Below, one piece after another: positions 19,443 to 28,438 of a stretch of 64,000 nt of DNA. Below the pieces are notes generated by a model, which saw only the letters and a list, made by a program, of their open reading frames with translations, had not been told where the DNA came from and ran no database searches. The DNA comes from Thermoplasmata archaeon. Its GTDB lineage: Archaea; Thermoplasmatota; Thermoplasmata; Halarchaeoplasmatales; Halarchaeoplasmataceae. Position numbers and translations under genes: made by a program. Where the stretch lies: positions 63 through 64,062 of the forward strand of contig PWKY01000076.1 in assembly GCA_003560595.1 (NCBI GenBank), in the 5' to 3' direction. How positions within the stretch are numbered: the stretch's first letter is position 1; each line of letters begins with the position of its first letter.

Positions 19443-21002
19443 TTATTCTATAGTCCAATCTACATTATGATCAGCTGAGTTGTGAATCCAGTATCCATAT
19501 CCTGGATAGAATACAAAACTTGTCGGATCATCAGCGTAAGCTATATTGTATTCTTCCTTACCTTCAAAATAACCTATGAGACTTACTTCAGACGGTAGGT
19601 TCTGATTTCCATGAGATGAATCGGGGAACCCAACCATATTCCAACCTGGATATAGTGTGATATCCGTGATGGTAGGCAATGATCCTTCGATGATCAGAGT
19701 GGCATCATCTTCCATATTTATCCAGATACCCATAGTATGATCCCAATATCGTAAATTATTAAAAATTTCGGATCTACCTGGAACATAGGTCAACCATTCA
19801 TCATTAGATGCATCGAAGTACATCAACCTATTGTATTTTCCTCCTATACCATATTCGGGGTGATGGAGGATCTCAGTCAAAGATGTGTCTTTAGGTATAA
19901 GATCGAATGATACGAAGTTCCAACCTTCGAAATCGCCACCAGCATATAAGGAAATATCGAAAGTTGACGTATACCCTATTTCAGTCGCTACTTCAGTATT
20001 GTTCTCTTCAATATCGTTCGTTCCTACCGCCCTTACAAGGTAACACCAAGATATATCATCTGCTAACCCTCTAAATAGATCAGTATATTGATAAGTACCT
20101 GAGTCTTCAGCAGTTATGTTGGCTATGAGTGTGCTTTCGTTCCAAGGTCCATCATGATCATCCGACCGGTATATGTTGTAATGGCTGACATCCCCCGGAT
20201 CATCGGAACTCGCATCCCAGGTCAGCAAGTTATGTTTATCATCGTTTAAAGACACGTCTCCACTGACCACTATCTCATCTATCCTCCAACCCTGGTGGTC
20301 GCTTTTGTAATTATCCACACCGGCCTCCCATCGAACCCATATACTTTCATCCTCGTAGTCACTGAGATCAAAAAAAACTTCTTCCCAATCAAGTGAATAT
20401 CCCCAGGCCGGTTCTCCCCCGAGTGGATTATCCCATGCATCATCTAAAATACCGTCGTAACCTGGCTGAGATTTTTCCATCAAATGCCAAGGACCCTCTA
20501 TATCGTTAGTAGATATCTTCAGATTACCTCCGTCCCACAATCTGCTTTCGTCTTCGAAGTCCCGCCAATGCATGAAAGTGAGTTCAGCTGCGGAAACATT
20601 GGATAAATCTATTTCAGGAGTTATCAACCAACTCAGTCCTCCTTTCTCCGGATCTTCGTAGGAACCGTTGCCGAAATCCCAAGAATAATTACCAGAAATG
20701 GAATCAATATCCCGTATACCCCATTCACTAGCTCCGCTAGATTGACCGGTAGTATAACCAAGGTCGTTTACAACATGATCTTCAAAAACTACATCAAAAG
20801 CTTGGTTGGTATGTTTTACTGTTAAATTAGAAGGAGGTTCAGGGGGTAAATCTTCCTGTATCGAGTTATCTACGATTTGGTCATCTGATCCGATAGGATG
20901 CAAGTAGGTTTCGCCCACATCAACGATGTAGCTAGCTGTGAGAGATATGGATAGGATAAATAATATAGCCATGACTCCGAATCTTGTCTTTTTTTGTACC
21001 AT
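19443..21002 (-). CDS. Secreted protein with FN3-like domains
   Basis: N-terminal signal/TM (MAILFILSISLTA). Trp/Tyr-rich beta-type sequence with FN3-like segments (LTW..S.D...V..YNIYRS). Confidence 0.45.
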   Translation of the reverse strand: MVQKKTRFGVMAILFILSISLTASYIVDVGETYLHPIGSDDQIVDNSIQEDLPPEPPSNLTVKHTNQAFDVVFEDHVVNDLGYTTGQSSGASEWGIRDIDSISGNYSWDFGNGSYEDPEKGGLSWLITPEIDLSNVSAAELTFMHWRDFEDESRLWDGGNLKISTNDIEGPWHLMEKSQPGYDGILDDAWDNPLGGEPAWGYSLDWEEVFFDLSDYEDESIWVRWEAGVDNYKSDHQGWRIDEIVVSGDVSLNDDKHNLLTWDASSDDPGDVSHYNIYRSDDHDGPWNESTLIANITAEDSGTYQYTDLFRGLADDISWCYLVRAVGTNDIEENNTEVATEIGYTSTFDISLYAGGDFEGWNFVSFDLIPKDTSLTEILHHPEYGIGGKYNRLMYFDASNDEWLTYVPGRSEIFNNLRYWDHTMGIWINMEDDATLIIEGSLPTITDITLYPGWNMVGFPDSSHGNQNLPSEVSLIGYFEGKEEYNIAYADDPTSFVFYPGYGYWIHNSADHNVDWTIE

Positions 21003-21097
21003 CCTTTTTTACTCCATTGCTACCTTATAGACCCGGTATTTAGAGGTGATTAATTAAGTTAAGGGTGATGAAAAGAGCACATCATCTTATGGATAAT

Positions 21098-21112
21098 AAC
21101 TTTCATATACGG
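21098..21112 (+). promoter_or_regulatory. Putative BRE/TATA (AACTTTCATATACGG) about 26 nt upstream of the cysS ATG (near-leaderless)
   Basis: Same motif as upstream of ileS. The distance to the ATG is consistent with a leaderless archaeal mRNA. Confidence 0.45.
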
Positions 21113-21134
21113 CCATCAGGATTACAACAACGCT

Positions 21135-22571
21135 ATGAGCCTTAAGCTGTATAATACCCTGACAGGAAAAAAGGAGCCCTTTGAATCCATTGACGACGTG
21201 GTTAAAATATACTCCTGTGGACAAACGATATATGAAGACATGCACATCGGTAATGCTAAAACTTACAGTGCATGGGACGTGCTTAAACGTTACTTAGAAT
21301 GGAAGGGGCACGAGGTCTTCCAGATCATGAACATAACCGATGTGGGTCATCTGACGGATGACGCAGATCAAGGGGAAGACAAGATAGAAAAATCAGCAAA
21401 AGAAAAAAAGCTAGAACCTATGGAATTGGTTACCAAACAGGTCATTAAATTCTACAAGGAGATGGACCTTTTGAACATGTGTACAGCTAACGTATTTCCC
21501 CGTGCAACAGGTCACATGGTGGAGATGATCGAATGCGTAAAAAAGATAATCGAAAATGGTTACGGTTACGAAGTTAACGGTTCGGTTTACTTCGATGTAC
21601 CTAAATTCACTGAGGAACACAGCTATCCCGTATTAGGGGGAAGAACCATCGATGATCTGCAAGTAGGTGCCGGCGGAAGGGTAAGTAGTGAACAGATCCA
21701 GGAAAAAAAGTCTCCTATAGACTTCGCCCTCTGGATAAAGGCCCCTCCCGAGCACCTTATGAGATGGCCATCTCCCTGGGGTGAAGGGTATCCCGGATGG
21801 CATTTAGAGTGCAGTGTGATGGGTTCGAAGTACCTTGGAGAGATATTTGACATACACACAGGAGGTATAGACCACATATTTCCCCATCATCCCAACGAAA
21901 GGGCACAGAACATAGCTATGCACGATCTGGAAGAAGAACCCATCAGATACTGGTTACACAGCTCCCACATAACTGTAGAAGGAGAAAAGATGTCTAAAAG
22001 TAAAGGCAACTTTTACACTGTAGAGGAACTACTAAAAGAGTACGAACCATCCGTCCTTCGAACCTTTTTTGCAGGCATACATTACAGATCTCACAGTGAC
22101 TTCAGTTTTAAATCGCTTGAGGAAGCCAAAAAGAAGCTCCATCGGATAAAAAATACGATACGTCTGGCTGAGGAGAGTGAAGGCGGTGAAAAAGATACAT
22201 TGATCGAAAGCATAGATAGGATGCGCAAGGACTTTGAAGAAGCTATGGATGAAGATCTAAATACTCCTTTAGCCTTGAGTAAACTGATATCATTCTCAGG
22301 AGAAATAAACAATAATCTAGACGATCGTAAAGAAATTTTAGAGGAGGCGGTTGCCTTGATCAAAGAATTGGCTGGTGTGATCGGTATCGAATTGGAGGGA
22401 ATTGAAACAGATGTAAAAGCCGAACCATATGTTGATCTGCTGATCGAAATAAGACAAAAGTTGAGAGCAAAAAAGGGATACGAACTGGCCGATACGATCA
22501 GAGAAAGACTAGAAAACCTGGATGTCATCGTCGAGGATACCGATTCAGGTGCAAGGTGGTACATCAAATAA
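21135..22571 (+). CDS. cysS: Cysteinyl-tRNA synthetase
   Basis: HIGN (HIGH-like), KMSKSKGN, and the zinc-binding Cys/His of CysRS. Confidence 0.95.
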   Translation: MSLKLYNTLTGKKEPFESIDDVVKIYSCGQTIYEDMHIGNAKTYSAWDVLKRYLEWKGHEVFQIMNITDVGHLTDDADQGEDKIEKSAKEKKLEPMELVTKQVIKFYKEMDLLNMCTANVFPRATGHMVEMIECVKKIIENGYGYEVNGSVYFDVPKFTEEHSYPVLGGRTIDDLQVGAGGRVSSEQIQEKKSPIDFALWIKAPPEHLMRWPSPWGEGYPGWHLECSVMGSKYLGEIFDIHTGGIDHIFPHHPNERAQNIAMHDLEEEPIRYWLHSSHITVEGEKMSKSKGNFYTVEELLKEYEPSVLRTFFAGIHYRSHSDFSFKSLEEAKKKLHRIKNTIRLAEESEGGEKDTLIESIDRMRKDFEEAMDEDLNTPLALSKLISFSGEINNNLDDRKEILEEAVALIKELAGVIGIELEGIETDVKAEPYVDLLIEIRQKLRAKKGYELADTIRERLENLDVIVEDTDSGARWYIK

Positions 22572-22643
22572 ATATGAACCATCCGAAAACGTAAAATCAT
22601 ATCAAGTTCTAAGGATACATAACCCGATAAGGGATGAACATCT

Positions 22644-24356
22644 ATGCCTGTGAGAAAAAAAGAAACTAGTAAGTGTAGAATCTTAACCGTTTATTTACTG
22701 GTATTTTTGATATTGGCCACAGGTGTTATTGAGGGTTCACGTATAGATATATGGGATTCTTTTAAAGGAGATGAAAGAAATACGGGCTTGAGCCCATATG
22801 GTACATCGGATTACAACGGAGAGATCAAATGGGATTTTGACACTGGAAGGTCCATAAGCGCTTCACCAGTTCTCGGCTCTAGAGGTGAGATATATGTCGG
22901 ATCGGTCAGCGGCGAATTTTTTTCTATATCATCATCTGGATTGGAACGGTGGAGCTATAATACTGGTGATTCAATAAGATCTACCGCTGCTATCGGAAAC
23001 GATGGTCTGATCTATGTCGGTTCTGATGATGGAATACTATACGCATTCAAAAGTTATGGAGAAGTCGAATGGAGATATCAAACCGGGGGGGCAATAAATT
23101 CTTCTCCAGCGGTAGGGGATGATGGGACTGTATACGTGGGGTCAAATGATGGACATCTATATTCATTCAGTCCAGATGGCAGTTTGATATGGAAATATGA
23201 CACTGGTGGTAGGATCTCAAGCTCTCCGGCCATCGGTGAAGGAGCGATATATATCGGGAAAAATAGAGCCACCTTTCATGATCATGTAAGCTTGATTGCA
23301 GTGAACACCGATGGGGATAGGATATGGAACTATACTGTAGAAGGAAACATTAATAGTGCACTGATGGTAGATGATAACGGATATATATACGCCGGTGCGA
23401 GGGGGGGAAAACTGTACTCATTTTATACCGACGGTAAACTCCGTTGGACCTTTGATACGGATTCAAGGATCAATTCTTCCCCATCGATAGACGGAGAAGG
23501 TAATATATATTTAACCGCCATGGATAGTAAGATATATTCTATAGATATAAATGGAGACCTGCGCTGGAGTTACGGAACAGGTAGATACATTACAAGTTCA
23601 CCGTCAATTTGTTCGGATGGATACTTATTCTTTGGATCTAGTGATGGAAAATTTTATTCATTAACTAGGGACGGAGATGAACGTGTGATCGTTGATATAG
23701 GAGAGAGCATAATATCAACAGCTGCCATCGGTAGAGACGGCACGGTATACTTTGGAGGAGTCGATGGTCGAGTGTATGCTCTCAACGGTGTTGAAGAGGT
23801 AGAATATCGACCGCCTACCCCGATATCTTTAACCGCAGAGGCCGGAGAGAGATATGTTGAAATAAATTGGAACATGCCAGAACATGAAAGAGAGATCAAT
23901 AGTTTTAACTTATATCGAAAACAAGAGAGGGACGATCGATCATATTTGTTTTCTGTACCTAGTTCAAAGACGTCCTTTAAAGATACAAGTATAGAAAGCG
24001 GAGAAACATATCATTACAGCGTTTCCGCGGTGGATTCGGATGGGGAATCCATTGCTACAGAACCTGTTACCGTTATCATACCGGAAAGAACCGAAAAAGA
24101 AGAAGAGTCTTTATTTTACAGGAGAAAAACGATAATGTTGCTTACATTTTTAACGCTAGTTTTAGTTATCTCTTTGTGTAGCGTTTTGAAAAAGAGAAGG
24201 GAATTGAAAAATATTAGTGCCTTCGACAAAGATGTACTAAGAACCCGTTATACTTGTCCTTTTTGCGGCAATATAATACATATCAGGGAAGAAGAACATA
24301 ACGATATCAATTGTACAAGATGTAAAAGTACCATCAAAGCCGGTGTGTTTAATTAG
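22644..24356 (+). CDS. Membrane-anchored PQQ-like beta-propeller protein with FN3-like domain, one TM helix and C-terminal cytoplasmic zinc ribbon
   Basis: N-terminal signal anchor. Eight or more repeats of DG.IYVGS.DG.LYA...G...W.Y.TGG.I.SSPAIG. TM IMLLTFLTLVLVISL. CPFCG...CTRCK ribbon. TAG stop with TGA 6 codons later. Confidence 0.7.
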   Translation: MPVRKKETSKCRILTVYLLVFLILATGVIEGSRIDIWDSFKGDERNTGLSPYGTSDYNGEIKWDFDTGRSISASPVLGSRGEIYVGSVSGEFFSISSSGLERWSYNTGDSIRSTAAIGNDGLIYVGSDDGILYAFKSYGEVEWRYQTGGAINSSPAVGDDGTVYVGSNDGHLYSFSPDGSLIWKYDTGGRISSSPAIGEGAIYIGKNRATFHDHVSLIAVNTDGDRIWNYTVEGNINSALMVDDNGYIYAGARGGKLYSFYTDGKLRWTFDTDSRINSSPSIDGEGNIYLTAMDSKIYSIDINGDLRWSYGTGRYITSSPSICSDGYLFFGSSDGKFYSLTRDGDERVIVDIGESIISTAAIGRDGTVYFGGVDGRVYALNGVEEVEYRPPTPISLTAEAGERYVEINWNMPEHEREINSFNLYRKQERDDRSYLFSVPSSKTSFKDTSIESGETYHYSVSAVDSDGESIATEPVTVIIPERTEKEEESLFYRRKTIMLLTFLTLVLVISLCSVLKKRRELKNISAFDKDVLRTRYTCPFCGNIIHIREEEHNDINCTRCKSTIKAGVFN

Positions 24357-24837
24357 TACTATTTAGAATATTGAGAACGATATCAGTTTCAGGTAAAAAA
24401 TCCTCCTGGGTAATCTTGGAATTGATTTCGGATAATGGAACAAATTCTCCCTTTTGAAACTCTTTGGGATCCAAATCCACCTTAGAAGGAGATACTGTCA
24501 CCTTGAAAAGAGATACATGTTCTACTTCTTCGGGTAGATCCTTTACAAAATTTCCTAGATGAACATATTCACCGGTAGTACCGATTTCTTCTACCATCTC
24601 CTTTATCAAGGTTTTTTCATAGGAGCAGCCCGCCGACACATGCCCACCCATGACTACACTCCAATAGCCTCCAAAGAACTCCTTTAAAGTACTCCTTTGG
24701 GTAATCAATATTCGATCATCTGGTGAGAATACAAAGAACATCACCGTCCTGTGTGGGATCCTATTTTCATGAACCTTTTTTCTACTGGCGGTGCCTACAA
24801 CATTGTTATCTTCATCTACGATGTCTAAGAGTTCCAT
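24349..24837 (-). CDS. Probable NUDIX-family hydrolase
   Basis: Degenerate Nudix box (GGHVSAGCSYEKTLIKEMVEEIGT). Overlaps the 3' end of the PQQ gene by 8 nt (convergent). Confidence 0.5.
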   Translation of the reverse strand: MELLDIVDEDNNVVGTASRKKVHENRIPHRTVMFFVFSPDDRILITQRSTLKEFFGGYWSVVMGGHVSAGCSYEKTLIKEMVEEIGTTGEYVHLGNFVKDLPEEVEHVSLFKVTVSPSKVDLDPKEFQKGEFVPLSEINSKITQEDFLPETDIVLNILNSTN

Positions 24838-24955
24838 GTTTTAGTAAATGGGTGGAGGTATAAAAAAAGAACGTTTTGGAAAGATATGCATGTCGGAGTA
24901 TGTATATATCATGCTGTTGGAGTTCATTGTTCGATATATGGCTAATAAAGAGAAT

Positions 24956-24983
24956 AAAGTTTTAATATTTTTAAAGCTTTACT
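24956..24983 (-). promoter_or_regulatory. Motif copy 1: direct repeat TAAAGCTTT-N8-TAAAACTTT (A/T-rich, TATA-like)
   Basis: 28-nt element nearly identical to 25731..25758. Overlaps the GNAT stop codon and lies about 120 nt upstream of the NUDIX start. Confidence 0.4.
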
Positions 24984-25407
24984 AGGATTCTTCGCTCTTT
25001 CTCTTGGAGTAATATCTTATGTCCAGATCTTCATACCCCAGGTATTCGAAAAATTCCATCGACTCGGGATTATCGCCTTCTATCAATACTCCGATCAATT
25101 CTAAACCCCGCTTATCGAATTCCTTTTCAAGAGATTCAACCAAACGCCGTCCCAAACCCCTATCTCTGTAATCAATATCGACGGCTAAGCGATTTATCCA
25201 GCCTTTCCTACCATCATCGGTGCCAAATACTATCGCTACCAACTTGGATCCATCATAGATGCCTTTCCAGTACTCGGGGTTGTGTTTAATTTCTTCATGT
25301 ATCTTTTCTTCGGTGTCTCTTCCAAGGGGTTTATAGGGTAAACCACAGTTATCCCATAACTCTATGATCCGATTGAAATCCTTGATATCTACGCTGCGCA
25401 GTTCCAT
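24982..25407 (-). CDS. GNAT-family N-acetyltransferase
   Basis: Acetyl-CoA binding motif (RLAVDIDYRDRGLGRRLV). TAG stop. Confidence 0.75.
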   Translation of the reverse strand: MELRSVDIKDFNRIIELWDNCGLPYKPLGRDTEEKIHEEIKHNPEYWKGIYDGSKLVAIVFGTDDGRKGWINRLAVDIDYRDRGLGRRLVESLEKEFDKRGLELIGVLIEGDNPESMEFFEYLGYEDLDIRYYSKRKSEES

Positions 25408-25444
25408 GAGAGTTAATTAAAAAAATAGTTTATAATCATTTTGC

Positions 25445-25720
25445 TCAAATTTCTTCAATGTCTAATTCTAAAGAATAGTGTTGTTTACTGAGTCTATAGA
25501 CCCATATATCTCCAGTTAGACCTTTCATCTTCTTCTTATCTAAAAGCCTTACTTCAGCCATATCATGCAGGTAAGAAACGGCCGTAGCTGTGGTTATACC
25601 GATGTAGGATGCCACATCATTGGCCTTTACCCAGTTCTTTTTAGATAGTTCCTCGATCAAGGATGGCACATGTTTTTTACCCAAAATTTTTGCAGCCCTA
25701 TTGAACTCGTATAGATCCAT
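25445..25720 (-). CDS. Small winged-helix DNA-binding protein (putative transcriptional regulator)
   Basis: 91 aa with helix-turn-helix-like segment (NDVASYIGITTATAVSYLHDM) and a probable beta-hairpin wing. Confidence 0.5.
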   Translation of the reverse strand: MDLYEFNRAAKILGKKHVPSLIEELSKKNWVKANDVASYIGITTATAVSYLHDMAEVRLLDKKKMKGLTGDIWVYRLSKQHYSLELDIEEI

Positions 25721-25730
25721 ACATAGAGAT

Positions 25731-25758
25731 AAAGTTTTAATATTATTAAAGTTTTACT
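25731..25758 (-). promoter_or_regulatory. Motif copy 2: TAAAACTTT-N8-TAAAACTTT, 10-25 nt upstream of the wHTH start; flanked by 8-bp inverted repeat CTATCTAG/CTAGATAG
   Basis: Seen directly. It sits where a TATA box would lie for a leaderless wHTH transcript, in the divergent wHTH/nurA intergenic region. Confidence 0.45.
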
Positions 25759-25868
25759 CTATCTAGTAATGCATTTTGTTGCTACCATATAGCTAGATAG
25801 GGGTGTTTCTACTTTCACCGACCTCCTTTCTTAAAGATTAAGTACTCCTTAGCGATTATACCTAGGAG

Positions 25869-26894
25869 ATGATACAGGAATTATGGAGAATTCTAAAGCA
25901 GATGGGAGGGGTACCAGAGGAGTGGGGTAACCCTCAATTCCAACATCAACAAGGATATTACGAATCCGTACCTTTGTCCCAAGATAATTTCACAGTATAT
26001 GATCCCATAGACAATGGAAGCAAAATAATATGCTGCGTTGATGGTGGCAATAACTGCATATACCGATCCCCTGTAGACTCTCTGCATCTTATCCGAGTAT
26101 ACTTCAACCTATTTAAAGGTAGGAAAAGATATAAAAACATCAAACCGCTGAATGCATATTTATCTGTAAGATATGAAGAGGATGAAGTCATCTCCCATCT
26201 CCATCCTATCGATTCGGGAATACCTCTAGCAAAAAGAGATTTCACGATAGGGAAAGAAGAACTAGGAAACAATGGAGTTGAAAAAGCTGCTAGAGCTGTT
26301 AGGACTTATTTGGAATGGGAAACCATGAGGCATGCAGTAGAAAAGTATCTGGATGAAGAAGATATTTTGGTAAAAGATGGTGTCCTACAGACCAGTGTTG
26401 AAGACGAGAAAAGGTACGCAGACAGTTTATACCAAGCTGTAGAAGAAAAAGAAATAAATCTCGTAGGGATCGCAAAGACTTGTTCATTGAGAACAACTAC
26501 CGGCCATTCGTTGATCTCCGCAGTAAGGCATCATGCCATGGACATAGGTTATGAGCGATGGATATATCATCCTCTAGCAGTGAATCGTAATCCCGATCAC
26601 AGAGGGGATATGTCCATAGTAAAATACCATCCCCGTTCGGATTACGTGTTCCGTACTGAATTCTACGATGGCGTAACGCAAAACAAAGAAGAGGTGATCG
26701 GATACCTTGCTGACCAAGCTAAAGACCCTCTGTTTCTGGGATATCCATACGGATTGGTGGATGCGGACATCAAAGCAAGGGTATCTGATGAGGAAACAAA
26801 ACATTTGAGAAGGGCTGGGGCGGATAAGATGGAAAAAAGCGTTTCATATAGGATGAGGGCTTTAGACGCCCACGATAAATTGAGTGAGTTATAA
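25869..26894 (+). CDS. nurA: NurA-family 5'-3' nuclease (RNase H-like fold)
   Basis: N-terminal Asp motif (IICCVDGGNN). Size and position are right for NurA, 12 nt upstream of herA. Confidence 0.65.
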   Translation: MIQELWRILKQMGGVPEEWGNPQFQHQQGYYESVPLSQDNFTVYDPIDNGSKIICCVDGGNNCIYRSPVDSLHLIRVYFNLFKGRKRYKNIKPLNAYLSVRYEEDEVISHLHPIDSGIPLAKRDFTIGKEELGNNGVEKAARAVRTYLEWETMRHAVEKYLDEEDILVKDGVLQTSVEDEKRYADSLYQAVEEKEINLVGIAKTCSLRTTTGHSLISAVRHHAMDIGYERWIYHPLAVNRNPDHRGDMSIVKYHPRSDYVFRTEFYDGVTQNKEEVIGYLADQAKDPLFLGYPYGLVDADIKARVSDEETKHLRRAGADKMEKSVSYRMRALDAHDKLSEL

Positions 26895-26906
26895 GAAGGT
26901 GTTAAG

Positions 26907-28406
26907 ATGACAACAGTAGGACAGATAATAGGTGGAGAATATGGAGAGATATACATCAGGCAGAAGGCCGGGAAAACCATCGAGATAGGTGAATTACTGT
27001 CTGTAGGAGGGGATGTGATATTACAGGTACATGACCTAGGGTATAGGTCCCTTATGGAAGACGATGATCTCGCCAGGATAAGTGGAATGCAGCTAGAGGG
27101 CTACGACGATACCAGCCTTATGGAAGAGGAGATCAGGAATTATATAAACGCAAAAGCCAAGTTACTTGTACACATAAAAAACGGAGTACCTAAGATACCG
27201 AAAAAATTACCCGTGTTTTTCCATGAGATAAAGAGAGTAAAAGAAGAAAATTTTGAGTTCATGGATGAGCCGGAAAACGGATTATATTTGGGTAAGATGA
27301 GAAGTGGTAGTAGAGTCCTAGATGTACCGGTTTATATCGATGGAAAAAAAGCTTTGTCCCATCATATATTGATCCCAGCTACCACTGGAAGGGGTAAGAG
27401 TAATCTGGTAAAGGTTATGTTGTGGAACCTGATCCCAAAAGATTACTGCGGGATGCTCATCATCGACCCACATGACGAATACTACGGTCGGAACGAGATA
27501 GGTGCTAAGGACCACCCTGATGCAGAGGGCTTGGTAGAATACTACTCACCTAACCCCCCAAAAGGTGGCTATAGTTTAAAACTCAACATAAATCTATTAA
27601 GACCTTGGGACTTAAGTGGTATCATAGATCTAACATCGGCACAAACCGATGCCATGTACGTTTATTATGAAGAATATGAAAACGAGTGGTTGACATATCT
27701 TTTTTTAAGTAGCGAAGAGGAAGCGAAAGAACACGGTATTCAAGAGACTACCTTGGATGTACTCCGAAGAAAGCTTTCCCTAGCCATAGATATACACAGA
27801 GATAGGGGTAGAGTTTATTGTAAAAGTACTATATTTACAACCCAGGGCAATGAAAACATGCTGAACAATATTGTTGATTCTATAGAACGAAGTAAAAAGA
27901 TTATACTTGATACCAGTTCTATGCCTCAGGATAAGGAATTGTTGATCGCAGGCATGATAACAAACCGCATATTCAACCGGTACAAACGTTATAAAGAAAA
28001 AGGAGAGCTGGAAAACAAGCCTACGGTCAGCGTTGTTATCGAAGAGGCGCCGAGGGTGCTAGGTGAACGAGCTGGCAGAAACGTATTTCATACCATCGCT
28101 AGAGAAGGAAGGAAATTCAGAGTAGGCCTTATAGCCATAACACAGTTATCAAGCATGATACCTCGTGAGTTGTTGGCGAACATGAACACAAAAATAATCT
28201 TAGGTAATGAGATGAGAAGTGAGAGAGAGGCCATAATCGGTAGTGTTGCACAGGATCTATCCAAAGATAGTAAAAACATCGCCAGCTTAGACAAAGGCGA
28301 AGCCATAGTAAGCAGTATATTCACCAAATTCGCGGTGCCCATAAAGATCGACCTATTCGATGATATTGCACAACCTAAGAAAAGTAAAAATCTCAAATTT
28401 TTTTAA
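26907..28406 (+). CDS. herA: HerA-family DNA helicase/translocase (FtsK-HerA superfamily ATPase)
   Basis: N-terminal HAS-barrel region, Walker [10 protein letters not shown], Walker B (IEEAPRV), arginine finger region. Confidence 0.85.
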   Translation: MTTVGQIIGGEYGEIYIRQKAGKTIEIGELLSVGGDVILQVHDLGYRSLMEDDDLARISGMQLEGYDDTSLMEEEIRNYINAKAKLLVHIKNGVPKIPKKLPVFFHEIKRVKEENFEFMDEPENGLYLGKMRSGSRVLDVPVYIDGKKALSHHILIPATTGRGKSNLVKVMLWNLIPKDYCGMLIIDPHDEYYGRNEIGAKDHPDAEGLVEYYSPNPPKGGYSLKLNINLLRPWDLSGIIDLTSAQTDAMYVYYEEYENEWLTYLFLSSEEEAKEHGIQETTLDVLRRKLSLAIDIHRDRGRVYCKSTIFTTQGNENMLNNIVDSIERSKKIILDTSSMPQDKELLIAGMITNRIFNRYKRYKEKGELENKPTVSVVIEEAPRVLGERAGRNVFHTIAREGRKFRVGLIAITQLSSMIPRELLANMNTKIILGNEMRSEREAIIGSVAQDLSKDSKNIASLDKGEAIVSSIFTKFAVPIKIDLFDDIAQPKKSKNLKFF

Positions 28407-28438
28407 AATAAAAAAAGAAAGGGGTTTGTAGAAGGGTC

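Noticed and set aside
14957-28406. Treating mre11–rad50 and nurA–herA as a phage-defence island
   Set aside because: All four are standard archaeal DSB-resection genes with canonical motifs. Separation into two loci is common in several archaeal lineages. No defence-specific partner (Sir2, TIR, nuclease toxins, methyltransferases) is present.
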